In this document: in pieces, positions 10,445 through 21,175 of the stretch
Numbering within the stretch: position 1 is the stretch's first letter
How the letters are laid out: each line of letters starts with the position of its first letter
NCBI GenBank assembly: GCA_963842485.1
Contig: CAWJHI010000041.1
Coordinates: 1,536-65,535, forward strand
Reading direction: 5' to 3'
Origin: Terriglobia bacterium
GTDB lineage: Bacteria; Acidobacteriota; Terriglobia; Bryobacterales; Bryobacteraceae
Length of the DNA: 64,000 bases
Translations under genes and position numbers: made by a program
The notes under the pieces: generated by a model
Seen by the model: the letters and a program-made list of their open reading frames with translations, nothing else
Database searches by the model: none
Told to the model about the DNA's origin: nothing

Positions 10445-13400
10445 CTACTTGCCCTTGCTTAACTTGCGGAAGTACTCGGCGACCGCATCCACATAGCCGG
10501 GCGGGACCCGGTCCGTGGAGCCGCTGCGCACCTGATCGCCGTCGGACTTTTCGGCCTCGCGGCGAAGCTGCAGTTCGAGCGCCTCCAGGTTCGGCAGGAC
10601 CACCCGATTCAGGCGGTTCTGCAACTCCTGGGAGCTGATGTCGCCCACCTGCAGGCGCGAGATTTCACGCTCCACGTCGGTGATCTGGCGCGAGACGTCG
10701 GGGTTGTCTTTGTACTGCTGCCGCAGATCGTTCAAGGCGCGCCCGGCTTCCTGCACGGCGCGATTCGGGTCCCACGGCGCGGTCGTCGGGAATCCGGTAC
10801 ATGCCTTCCGGAGCGAAACGGCCATACTGCGTGTTCGGGCCGTCAAACCGGTTGCCGTACGGGCCCCCGCCATAGCCAGGATGATTGATGTTCCCGTTTT
10901 GCCCACCGCCATATTGTCCTCCGCCGGCCTGGTTGCCTTGCTGGCCACCCTGCTGCTGGCCTACCCTGGCCCTGTTGACTCGCCTTGCTGGCCGTTTTGG
11001 CGCCCTGCTGGCCGCGACCCGCCGCTCGCTCCATCTGACTGCGAAGCCGTTCGAGCTGTGCGAGCGACCGCTGTGAGTCGCTGTTACCGCCGGGCTGCTG
11101 ACCGTCTTTCGTGACGGCGGCCTGCGCGGCCTTCAGATCCTCGGCGACCTTGTCCATCGTCTCCGTGATGGGAGCCTCGCGCGGAACCATGTAGCCGCCC
11201 TGGCCTTGCCGGATCCAACGCGCCGAGTACTGCATGCGCAGCTTGGCCTCATTCTGCTGCATTTCCGCAGAGCCCTTCGCGGATGCGGCCGGAGGCGGCC
11301 AGCTGGGTGCCCGCCATGTCGCGCGCGGCTTTCTGCATATCTTTTTCGAGCTGTTCGACGTCGGCCGCCATCTTGTCTTTCTCATCCGCCAATTCCTTGG
11401 ACTGCTGGCGCGACTGCGGATTCTGCTGACCCGGCCGCTGGCCGCCATCGTTGAGGAGCTGTTCGCCGAAAGCCTTGCGCAGGCGATTGGCGAAATCACG
11501 CTGTTGCGCGGCGAGCTGATCGGCGCGATTCGGACAGATCGCCCAACTGCGAGGATGCCTGCTGCTGGCGCATTCCGTTCAACGAGTCCTGCGCTTCCTT
11601 GAGACGCTCCGCCGCGCGGCGCGCGTTGGCTTGACTGTTGGCCGCGCCCTGCTGGCCTTGGTTGGCAGCCGACTGCGCGGAGCGCATATCGTCGGTGGCC
11701 TGGCTTCACCTGATCGAGCGCGCGCTGCAAGCGCTGATCCTGCTGGCGCTGCATGGGCCGGCTCGAAGAGCTGCCGGACGACTGGCCTTGCTGGCCGGAT
11801 TGGCCCGATTGTCCCGACTGGCCGGATTGGCCCGATTGGCCTTGCTGTCCCGATTGCGATTGGGAACCTTGCTGCGATTGCGATCCCTGCTGTTGGAGCT
11901 GCTCCATCTGTTTCTTCAGCTCTTCGGCTTCGCGGCGCAGCATTTCCTGCTGCCAGCGCTGCTCGGGAGTCTGCTTGTTCTGCTGAGACTGCGCGAGCTC
12001 CTGCTGGCGCCGCGCGAGCTGCTCCAGTTTTTGCAGCGCTTCGTCGATCTCTTTCTGGCGCTGATCCGACGACGACCCCTGCTGCTGGCCGGTCTCGTAC
12101 TGATTCTTTTCCGTGTCCAGCTCGAGGTCGAACAGGTTGGCCAGATCGCGGCCGGCGCCGCCGCCCCCTCCCCCGCCGCCTCCGCCGCCGAACGCGACCT
12201 GAATGTCGCGGAAGGTGGCTTCGGCGCGCAGCAGGTGTTGCAGCGCTTTCTGCTCCGGCTCCAGCGCATCCTTCCAGGACTGGCCCTTGAGCTTGTCGGA
12301 CGCCGGGGCCATCTGCGCGGCGGCCGCTTCCATGTCCTTCACGAAGGACTGGAACTCCTGATTCGCGCCGGCCAGCTCGCGGCTGCGGGCGCGCTGCGCG
12401 AGCGAGGTGGCCTGCTCCTTCAACTTGATCTGCACTTCGGCGAGAAACCGGGCGTTTTCCGCCGAATTCACTTTGTCCTTGCCGCCGCCGCGAATTTCGT
12501 TCCAGGTCGCGGCGATGATTTCCTTCTGACGCTGCGAGATGCGATCCTCGTCCTGCGCCACCGCCCGCTCCGCCGCCGCCCATTTGCTGGGACTGTGTGT
12601 AGTTGCGCTCATACGGCTGCGTTTCGATGAACATGATGTCGGTGCGCGAAGTGGTTCTGGCGTCCCGTGCGGTCGCGTACACGGCCACCACATCGCCCGG
12701 GTCCAACTTGTAATCTTCGAGATACAACGTGGTGTGTCCGGACGCGTTTTTCACGCCCTTTTGCGAGAGCAGAGTCACCACCTTCTCGGGCTGCCCGTTG
12801 ACCGAATAGTGCAGATCCATGCCTTCGAGCGCGAAATCATCGTCGCCGGCGACTTCGATGGTCACTTCCTCAATCGGACTGACCTTCGCGTCGGCGCCAG
12901 GATGCGTGATGCGCACGTTAGGCGCGTTGTCTATCCGGGCTTCGATGAAGTAATCCTCGCTCAGGCGGACGCTCTGCCCCTGCTCATTGGCGGCAAAGTG
13001 ATACATGCCGTCCTTTTGGATGGGCACTTTCGCCGTCACCATCATCGAATTGGAAGTTGCATCGAGCGCGATGTGGGAGCCGTCGTCCATCTCGATGGTC
13101 CCGGACTTTAGCGGGCGGTCCGTCTCGACGGTCAGCTCGGCGACGGTCCCGGCAACGGCTCGAAGGTCGCCGGCGGGATCTTCCACGGCGTCGGGAAGAT
13201 GCAGCCAGGAAGGAAAGTGATAGGTCACCTTGACCTTCTTGATGCCCGGCATATCGATCACGTCCAGCTTGTAGGTCTTCGAGCGGACGCCGCCGGCTTC
13301 GACGTAATATTCGACGGGCTCGGCAAGACCGGCAAACAGAAATTCGTACGCCGATCCGCTGGCGCGTGGAAGCATGGGAGCTTCCTCCCACTTCGACGTG

Positions 13401-14095
13401 CTCTTATATTGCGCGAACAGTTTCACCTGCGGCGCCTGGAATCCGGAGAGCGTGGCGGTCACCATCTGATCCGCTTTACGGCGCACCAGCTTGTTTCCGG
13501 GATCGACCTTGATGTCGTAATACGCGCCCGCGGTTCCTTTGGGCATCCCGGCCCACAGCAGCGACGCGCCGTATCCGAAATAGCCCGGTCCGGCAAGAAT
13601 CAGCCAGGCGAGCGCGGCGGCGGCGGCTCCGGCTGAGGTGGCGAAAGCGAAAATGGATTTGGGCGGAGCGACGCGCGCGGGCGCAGTCGTGCGGGCTACG
13701 GACGCGGTGTCCTCGGCCAGCAACTCCAGCATCGGGTCCTTGCGATCGCTGCCGGCCGCTTCGGGACGGTCGCTGCGCTCGACGAAGGTGACCAGGCGCT
13801 GTTCGAATTCGGGAAACGCGTGTTCGGCGCGGCCGGCGGCTTTCCGCTGGTTCAAGCGCATCAGCGGGAGCACCAGCGCGAATCCGACGGCGACCGCCAG
13901 AGCCAGGAACAGGATCACGCGCGCGACGGTCAAGCTGGTGGAGGAAAACGCGAGGGCGTTGGTCATCAGCACCATCGCCAGCGTGACTCCCAGGGCCACG
14001 CCCGCGGCGATGGCGGCGCCTTTCGAAACCGCCATCCACCGGAGCCGCGTTTCCAGTCCGCGCAGGTATTGATTCAGTTGGTCGCGCGTATTCAT
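10445..14095 (-). CDS. DUF4175-like giant membrane-anchored, Gln/Gly/Ser-rich coiled-coil protein; at least 5 frame breaks
   Basis: ORFs 11579-14095, 10843-12693, 11496-11687 and 10445-10948 join. The N-terminus has 2-3 TM helices, followed by a beta-rich region, then long Q/E-rich coils, a poly-Gly tract and GQS repeats. The C-terminus PPGYVDAVAEYFRKLSKGK is the motif I associate with DUF4175-type proteins of MoxR/Bat clusters. Its ATG overlaps the upstream stop (ATGA at 14092-14095). Confidence 0.6.
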
Positions 14096-16130
14096 GCCGC
14101 TTCCTTTCGCCTACTTCTTTCCTCCTCGGCCGGAGGGCGAAGGTACCGGTTCGCCACCACCGATTCGGCCACCGCTACTCCTAACAATAGCAACAAGAGC
14201 CACGGCCATAGGCTGGCCGGTTTCTTATCCTGTTGATCCCCCGTAGTGGACGCGCCGGCGGCGGATTCGTCACCGCCGGTGGCTTTCCACAAGTCCAGCG
14301 TTTCGGGCGGCATCACGGTCAGGTCCGATTCGCGGCGATCGGCGTGGACCGCAATCAAGCTCGACCGGCTGCTGGCGGTCTTCAACTCGAAAAATCCTTC
14401 CTTCCGGACCGCGAAATTCCTGGCGGACGCGGCCTCTTCGAGCGACAGCAGGCGCGTTCCGTCAGGCCCGAGCACTTCCGCGGCCGCTCCTTTGCTATCG
14501 GCGGAACGCAGCTCGACATAAGAATCCACGGTGAGATTCACCGGCTGTTCCGCGCCGCCTCCGGCTCAGATAAGCCGCGGATTGTTGGACAAATGGCACC
14601 CAGGCCGCGTGCAGAGGAAGATCGTTCGAGAGTTGTCGAAGGTCGAGGCGAACGCGAGCAGCTTTGCCTTCGCCGATCTGTCGTTCGAGCACCAGCGGGT
14701 GCCGTCGTCGAGGCGGCGCCAGGACTCGCGATTTCGCCGGATTGACGTGGACCGCCTGATAAAACTTGACGCCGTCGAAGCGCTCCGTGCTGCGCATGAC
14801 CGGATGGCCGGTATCGATGTCGGAAACCGACAGGAAGCGCTCGCCTTCGCGTCCGGCGTAACTGGAAGCCTGAATGGTTTCGTCGAGCACCGGCACTTTC
14901 GGCATCGCTACCGAACCGGGTCCCAGCGCGACCAGACACCGCGCCGCCGCCGGAAACGTAGCGGCTGAGCGAATCCTCAAATCCGGCGGGCATGGAGGCG
15001 AGATCGGACAGAACGACGACGGCGTAATTGGAAAGCTTGACGTTGGCGGCCTGCTCCGGACGCAGCGCTTCGAGCTGAAACGCGGCATCCGGCGAAGCGT
15101 CGAGCGCGGCCTTGTAGTACAGCAGGGCTCGCGGACGGCGGCCATCGTCGACGAACAGAACCTTTCGCGGGTCGGTACGCTCCACTGCAAAAATGAAACG
15201 ATCGTCGGCCGGGAGCGTGTCGGCCGAATCGATCCGGACTTCCCCGCGGCTGAATCCGTACGGCGCGTCGAGGCCGAGAAACTCGGCCTGCGCGCGGCCG
15301 TTTTCACCGACATCCACGGTTTTAGTTCCGAGAACTTTTCCATTCAGCAGCAGCGAAACGGTGCGCTTGGCCGCGGGCGTACCGAATCCGGCGATCACGA
15401 CCTGAAGGCGCACCTTTTTGGGATCGTACACGCGCCGGGGGGCGACGACGCTTTCAACGGTCCAGTTCGGCGCGGCCTGCCCGATCTGATGGGGGACCAG
15501 CGTGGTGCCAGGCGCGAGGCGGAGATCGGCAAAACCGGGCGGCATGGCGGAGTTCTGAAAGTCGCTGGCCAGATCCAGTTGGATGGGCAGCTTCACCGAT
15601 TCGGACAACGTTCGCGTGTATCGCGACAGCTCGCCGAAAGAAGCGCGGCTATCGGATGGCTGGATGGAGGCGACGGCGGCTCGCGCTTCGGCGAGATCGG
15701 TGGTGGGCTGGGTCAGCGCCTGCACCTGGGATCCGAGCGCGACCACTTGTACCTGATCGCCAGGCCGGAGGTTGGAGAGAACTTGCAGCGCTGCATCCTT
15801 GGCTCGTTGAAGATGGTCGCCCGCGCGCATGCTGAACGAACTGTCGACGGCGACCACGGTGAGGTGCTTCTGTTGGGACAACGGGATCGCCCGGCGGATA
15901 AACGGGTTGGCGAACAGAAGGGCGAGCAGGATCAGCATCGCCGCGCGCAGCGCAAACAGCAGAATGTAGTCGAGACGACGGTGCTTCACTGAACTCTGCT
16001 CGTGTTGTTCGAACAGCATCAGGGACGGAAACAGGCGCGGATCGGTTTTATGCCGCTTGAGCAGATGGATCCAGATCGGCAGCCCGACGGCGGCGATTCC
16101 AGCCAGAAACCAGGGAGCGAAAAATCCCAT
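14092..16130 (-). CDS. BatA-type N-terminal double-TM domain protein with vWA (MIDAS) domain; several frame breaks
   Basis: N-terminus MGFFAPWFLAGIAAVGLPIWIHLLKRH...RLDYILLFALRAAMLILLALLFANP. MIDAS-like VVAVDSSFSM. ORFs 14538-16130, 14495-15343 and 14092-14541 join. C-terminal TM: WPWLLLLLLGVAVAESV. Confidence 0.7.
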
Positions 16131-16133
16131 CCG

Positions 16134-17021
16134 CTACATCTTTCCCTTGCGGATGGCGAGATATTCGCGCAGCGCCGCATCCAGAGGACGGCTGGTGTCG
16201 ATCAGAAAGTAATCGATGCCGGCGGCCCTGGCGCGCGTCTTCAAGTCGTCCAGATGCGCATCCATTCTGCGGCGATATTCGTGGTGCGCGTAGTCGGGCG
16301 ATACCTCGAGAGCCTCACCGGTTTCCAGATCCTCGAGGAGCACCGGAGCGCGCAGCTCGGGACGGATCTCCTCGGGATCGAGGACGTGAAACAGAATCAG
16401 CTCATTGCCGCGATAGCGCAACGGCTCCACGGTCTTGATGATAATTTCCGGCTGTTCCCAAAAATCCGAGATGGCGCAGACCACGCCGCGGCGGCGGAGA
16501 AATTCCTGGAGCGTCCGAAACGGATGGGCGAAATTGGTTCGCGTGCCGACCTGGGCGTTGCCGATCGCATGCAGCAGCCGTGCGAGCTGGCCTTGCCGCG
16601 ACGACGCACGCACGTAGTTGCGAACCTCGTCATCGAAGACGATAAGCCCCGCGGCGTCGCGCTGGGTGTTGGCCAGATACGCCAGCGAGGCCGCGAGAAA
16701 CTTCGCATAGTCGAGCTTTTCGATCTTGTGAGAGGTGAACTTCATCGAGCGGCTGGAGTCGAGAAGAATGGTCAACTGGCTGTTGGTTTCGCCGCGATAG
16801 CGCTTGAGAAAAGCTTTCTCAGTGCGGGCGTAGACGTTCCAATCGACATGCCGCAGATCGTCGCCGGGGGAGTAGGCACGGTATTCGGCGAACTCCTGGC
16901 TGAAACCGAAATCGGGGGACCGGTGCAGACCGGCGATAAAGCCGTCGACCACGGTCTTCGCCACCAGGTCGAGCCCGGAGATGCCGGCCAGCACGCTCGG
17001 ATCTAGAAATCGCTGCAACAT
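16134..17021 (-). CDS. DUF58 domain protein
   Basis: 295 aa: HRSPDFGFSQEFAEYRAYSPGDDLRHVDWNVYARTEK, ILLDSSRSM. This is the canonical partner of MoxR ATPases. Confidence 0.85.
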   Translation of the reverse strand: MLQRFLDPSVLAGISGLDLVAKTVVDGFIAGLHRSPDFGFSQEFAEYRAYSPGDDLRHVDWNVYARTEKAFLKRYRGETNSQLTILLDSSRSMKFTSHKIEKLDYAKFLAASLAYLANTQRDAAGLIVFDDEVRNYVRASSRQGQLARLLHAIGNAQVGTRTNFAHPFRTLQEFLRRRGVVCAISDFWEQPEIIIKTVEPLRYRGNELILFHVLDPEEIRPELRAPVLLEDLETGEALEVSPDYAHHEYRRRMDAHLDDLKTRARAAGIDYFLIDTSRPLDAALREYLAIRKGKM

Positions 17022-17036
17022 CCGATGGTCCGGGAG

Positions 17037-18060
17037 CTACTGTTTGGGAGCCGGCATGGCCTCCAGCAGTTTCTTCAAGATATCGTCCTGGGTGAGACGA
17101 TCCGATTCGGCCTGGAAGTTCAGCAGAATGCGGTGCCGCAGAATGGGCGGCATCAAGGCGATCACGTCTTCATAGGTCACGTGATAGCGATGGCGCATCA
17201 GTGCGCGGGCTTTGGATGCCAGCACCAGAAACTGCGCGGCGCGCACGCTGGCGCCGAAGTTCACGTATTTCTTGATGAAATCAGGCGCCGTCACGTCGGT
17301 GGAGCGCGTCGCGCGCACCAGGTCGACCGCGTAACGCGCGACCGAATCCGCAATCGGAATCATGCGCACCACCTGCTGAAACTCGAGGATTTCTTCCGCG
17401 CTGGTCACAGCCACCACTTCTGCGTGCGCCGTGGTGGTGGTCAGCCCGAGCACCTTCATTTCGTCATCGGGCGAAAGATAATCGAGCAGGGTATTAAATA
17501 TGAAGCGGTCGAGCTGCGCTTCGGGCAACGGATAGGTCCCTTCGAGCTCGATCGGGTTCTGCGTGGCGAGCACGAAGAAGGGCGGCCGGATCTTGTACTG
17601 ATTGCCGCGCACGGTGCAGGAGAGCTCCTGCATGGCTTCGAGCAAGGCCGATTGCGTTTTGGGAGGCGTGCGGTTGATCTCGTCGGCCAGCAGGACGTTG
17701 GCGAAAATCGGACCGGGCACGAAGGTCCACGTGCGCCGGCCGGTGCCGGGGTCCTCCTCGATGATGTCGGTGCCGGTGATATCGGAGGGCATCAGGTCCG
17801 GGGTGAACTGGATGCGGCGAAACTCCAGGCCGAGCGTCTGGGCGAGCGTCCGGACCAGCAAGCGTCTTGGCGGTTCCCGGCAAGCCGGTGATCAAGCAGT
17901 GGCCGCCGACGAACAGCGCGATCATCACCTGCTCCAGCACTTCGTCCTGGCCGACGATGACGCGCCGCACCTGGGTGATGATGTCGTCGCGCACCTTTTG
18001 AAAGCGCGCGATCCGGTCCTTCAGCTCCGAGGAGTCGATTGCAGCTGTAATAGTGGACAT
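17037..18060 (-). CDS. MoxR-family AAA+ ATPase; one frame break near 17868
   Basis: Motifs: [96 protein letters not shown]. Confidence 0.9.
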
Positions 18061-18074
18061 TAGACTATTGTGTC

Positions 18075-20255
18075 TTATTCCTTCTCGCTCAGTTCGAGCA
18101 GCAGTTTTTGAGCCGGCTTGAAATTGGGTGCGACTTCGAGCGCCGCCAGCACTTCGTCGCGCGCATCATCGGTTCGCTTGGCGGCTTGCAGCGCGCGCGC
18201 CAGCCCGAAATGCGCGCCAGCCTGATCGACGGTGCCGCCGGCCAGCACGGCTTGAAATTCGCGGATCGCGCCGTTGGGATTCTTGAGATCCAGATCCAGA
18301 TCGCCCAGCATCTTGTGCGCTTCCTCATCCTTGAGATAGATCAGGTTCAGACGGTCGAGGGTTTTGGCGGCGCCGGCTTTGTTCCCCTGTTCGATTTGCA
18401 GCTTGGCGAGCTGCTTCAGCAGCACCGGGTCGCGCCCGCCGACACTGGCGTAGCGATCCAGATCGGCGAGGGCCTTAGCCTTGTCGCCTTTAGCAAGGTA
18501 GGCGTCGCTCAGGAATTCATACACGCTGCCAGTCTCGACGTAGTCGCTATACAGGTCGCGGATCGCGGTGCCTTCCTGAATCACTTTGTCCCAATCTTTT
18601 TTCTTGTCGGCGGCAGCGATCTCAGTGATCTTTTTTCTCCATTCCTCGAAACCGTCGACCGTGGTTTTGGTTTGCGCTTCCAGCCACGCCAGGAACTGTT
18701 TGTCGAACTCCTCCGGCTTCATCTTGAATTCTTTTTCGATCACCTGAGGGGTGGGAGCCAGGTCCGCAAAATCGTGAATCATCGCCAGAAGTTTATCGTA
18801 ACCCCATTTTTCATCGATGAAGTTGCAGATCTTGCCGGCTTGAAAATACGAAACCACGACTTGCGCCGGATAGGTGGGATGAATGAAGCCGCGGTCGAGA
18901 TCGGAAACCGGAAGCAATTTCTTGTTCTTAATTGCGGAGATGGCTTCGGGGTCCAGGCGATCGCCCCAATCGGGGTTGCCGTTGCCGGTTTCTTCGAATA
19001 CGGCGAGCCCTTCTGTGAACCAGCGCGGCACGCGATGATGCGTCATGGTCAGCACGTAAACATGGCTCAATTCATGCCACATGGTGCTGTCCCAATGAAA
19101 GCTGCCGGGCTTGCGGCCGCTGGGCGAATCCATGGCGACCACCGCTCCGAACGTCACGCCGAGCGCGCCCAATCCGGGCATCCCCATGGTGCGCACGGCG
19201 AAATCTTCGTGATCCGGATAAACTTCCACCTGCACCGGAACGCCGAGCTTGAATTTGTACTTTTTTTCGTATGTGGCGATGGCCCGGTCGAGCTCCGATT
19301 GGAAGTACGGGCGCAGCAGCGCGGCTTCTTTCTTCTGCAAGCGCAGGATGGTGGTGGGGGTCTCAAACATCACGAAATTCTTGTAACTATCGAGCAGCGT
19401 CAGCGAGTTTTTCGTCTCCGTGCTTTGATAGCCGTTGGCCCAGCATTCTTCGAGAAGCTGGCGCGCTTCGCCCTCCCGGCCGAGGCGCATCAGATTGATT
19501 CCGAGCTGGCTGCGCGCGGTCCACAGGTCCGGTTTCAACTCAATCGCTTTGCGATAAAACTTAATTCCTTCTTCATAGCGCCGGTTGATGACGAAGAAGT
19601 GTCCCGCGGTTTCGTACGCCTGGCCGTACATCGGATTAATTTTCAGGATCTTATCGATCCACGGCGTGGTGGGTTTGTCGTTCAGCCAGTCGATCGTGGC
19701 GAGAATCGCCATGGCGTCCAGAGGCTCGCTGGACATGTCCAGGGCTTTCTTGGCTTCCGCTTCGGCTTTTTCGGAATTATTGTCTTCGAGCGCGACGCGA
19801 GCCAGCAACTCCTGCGCCTCTAACAGCTTCGGATCGCTCTTCAGCGCGCGTTGGGCGAGCTCCGCCGCTTTGGCCTCGAACCCGTCGGCGGAGACCAACG
19901 CGGCGCCAAGCAATGCCGGTGCGTAGTCTTCCTTGATCTGGAGCGCTTCGGTAAACAAACCCAGCGCGTCGACGGGCTGCCAATGCTCCAAGTACATGCG
20001 TCCCCACCGCACGCGGAGATATGGATCTTTATCATGCGCCTTCACGGCGGTGCGAAATGCGTCGTTCGCCTTTTGATAATCCCGAACGCCCCAGTAGCCT
20101 TCCGCCTGAACCGCAGGATCGGGAGATTTGGTCAGTTGCTGATAACACTTGGTCGCGTCGGGATCGCCGTGACGGCGGAGCGCGGCGCAATGCGCCGGGT
20201 CGAACGACTGCGCTGCCAACGGGAGGGCAGCCAACAAAACTGCGTACAACTTCAC
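18075..20255 (-). CDS. secreted TPR-repeat protein with peptidase-MA-like HExxH domain
   Basis: 726 aa and intact. Signal [20 protein letters not shown]-like repeats at both ends, and a central WHELSHVYV...[11 protein letters not shown] (HExxH plus a downstream Glu). Its GTG start overlaps the upstream stop (GTGA at 20252-20255). Confidence 0.7.
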   Translation of the reverse strand: MKLYAVLLAALPLAAQSFDPAHCAALRRHGDPDATKCYQQLTKSPDPAVQAEGYWGVRDYQKANDAFRTAVKAHDKDPYLRVRWGRMYLEHWQPVDALGLFTEALQIKEDYAPALLGAALVSADGFEAKAAELAQRALKSDPKLLEAQELLARVALEDNNSEKAEAEAKKALDMSSEPLDAMAILATIDWLNDKPTTPWIDKILKINPMYGQAYETAGHFFVINRRYEEGIKFYRKAIELKPDLWTARSQLGINLMRLGREGEARQLLEECWANGYQSTETKNSLTLLDSYKNFVMFETPTTILRLQKKEAALLRPYFQSELDRAIATYEKKYKFKLGVPVQVEVYPDHEDFAVRTMGMPGLGALGVTFGAVVAMDSPSGRKPGSFHWDSTMWHELSHVYVLTMTHHRVPRWFTEGLAVFEETGNGNPDWGDRLDPEAISAIKNKKLLPVSDLDRGFIHPTYPAQVVVSYFQAGKICNFIDEKWGYDKLLAMIHDFADLAPTPQVIEKEFKMKPEEFDKQFLAWLEAQTKTTVDGFEEWRKKITEIAAADKKKDWDKVIQEGTAIRDLYSDYVETGSVYEFLSDAYLAKGDKAKALADLDRYASVGGRDPVLLKQLAKLQIEQGNKAGAAKTLDRLNLIYLKDEEAHKMLGDLDLDLKNPNGAIREFQAVLAGGTVDQAGAHFGLARALQAAKRTDDARDEVLAALEVAPNFKPAQKLLLELSEKE

Positions 20256-21175
20256 TTGTCGAGGGCCTCCTGCGTCTTGGCGAGTTCCACCAGCAACTGC
20301 TGCAAGTTGCGCCGGTACTCGGTCAAATCCATCGACGCTTTCTTGTACTTAAGGACGTCGATGGCTTGCTCAAGCTCCTCTTTTCGCGCAAGGAGCATGC
20401 GCTTGGCCGGATCGTTCACCAGCGCCGAGACTCCGCCAAGATGCAACAAGGCGAAGTGACCGGAGAGCAGCCCCTGGCCGTTTTCAGGCGAGGGAGCCTT
20501 CACGCCTTCGCCTTTCCCGGTGTCCTCGATCAGAGCGTGTTCGGTGGCCAGGCGATTCTGCGTTTCGAAAAACTTGGCGGTCTTCTGCTCCGCGTACCGG
20601 AATGCTTCGAGGGCGCTAATCACGTCGTTGTGGTCGGTATCGGCGGTAGGATCGCGCAGACCCTCCACCCAGAATCGCGTGAAATAAGTCGCGTTCTTCT
20701 CGGTGCCGGACTTAGTCGCGGTAATGACGACACGCCCGGGTTTTTCGAGCGAAACCAGCGACCCTCCGCTGGCGCTGGTCATATTCACGACCAGTTGGTG
20801 CTTGGCTGGAATCTGGTCGAGCAGGTTGGCGAGCTCAGTACCAGTGATGTCGGGACCCGGCAGATTGAACTTATAGTCGGACTCGTCGAAGCTTCCGTGG
20901 CCAATCATCATCAACACCAGCGAATCGTCGGGCTTGGCTTCTTTCGCGATCTCCTTGAGTTTCGCGACCAGAAGATCCTTGGTCGCGCCGACGCCGAACA
21001 TGGTTTCGACTTTGGCGTTGGGCTCAGCGGCTTTCAGGATTTTGTCGATGTCCTTGGCCCAGCCGGTGAAACGCTGTTCGTACTCCGCCTCGCCGCCGAG
21101 ACCGGCAACGGTGACGTAAAAAGTTTCAGCGCGCAGCGCTGAAGCGAGCACTAGAGAAAACAGTAACCTTCTCAA
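20252..21175 (-). CDS. secreted legumain/caspase-like (CD-clan fold) protein with Ala at the expected catalytic Cys position
   Basis: A TTG start overlaps the vWA gene stop (TTGA). Signal MRRLLFSLVLASALRA. The segment LVLMMIGHGSFDESDY ... QLVVNMTSASGGS resembles the His-Gly ... x-S-C-x-S-G pattern of peptidase C13, but reads S-A-S-G-G. The C-terminus is a coiled coil. Confidence 0.5.
   Translation of the reverse strand: MRRLLFSLVLASALRAETFYVTVAGLGGEAEYEQRFTGWAKDIDKILKAAEPNAKVETMFGVGATKDLLVAKLKEIAKEAKPDDSLVLMMIGHGSFDESDYKFNLPGPDITGTELANLLDQIPAKHQLVVNMTSASGGSLVSLEKPGRVVITATKSGTEKNATYFTRFWVEGLRDPTADTDHNDVISALEAFRYAEQKTAKFFETQNRLATEHALIEDTGKGEGVKAPSPENGQGLLSGHFALLHLGGVSALVNDPAKRMLLARKEELEQAIDVLKYKKASMDLTEYRRNLQQLLVELAKTQEALDK

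Noticed and set aside
11768-11895. Tandem short repeats that could be taken for a CRISPR array or satellite.
   Set aside because: The units are 9 nt with no spacers, in frame, and encode GQS repeats within a long Q-rich protein. No cas genes are present anywhere in the window.
18108-19823. Very long ORFs antisense to well-supported genes. Examples: 18108-19823 (+), 5351-6310 (-), 14874-15992 (+), 11638-12630 (+), 24401-25342 (+), 32161-33207 (+), 53807-55321 (+), 37796-38905 (-).
   Set aside because: Their translations are Arg/His/Gly/Ala-rich with no motifs. They lie opposite genes with clear family signatures. This is the usual shadow-ORF effect in roughly 65 % GC DNA.
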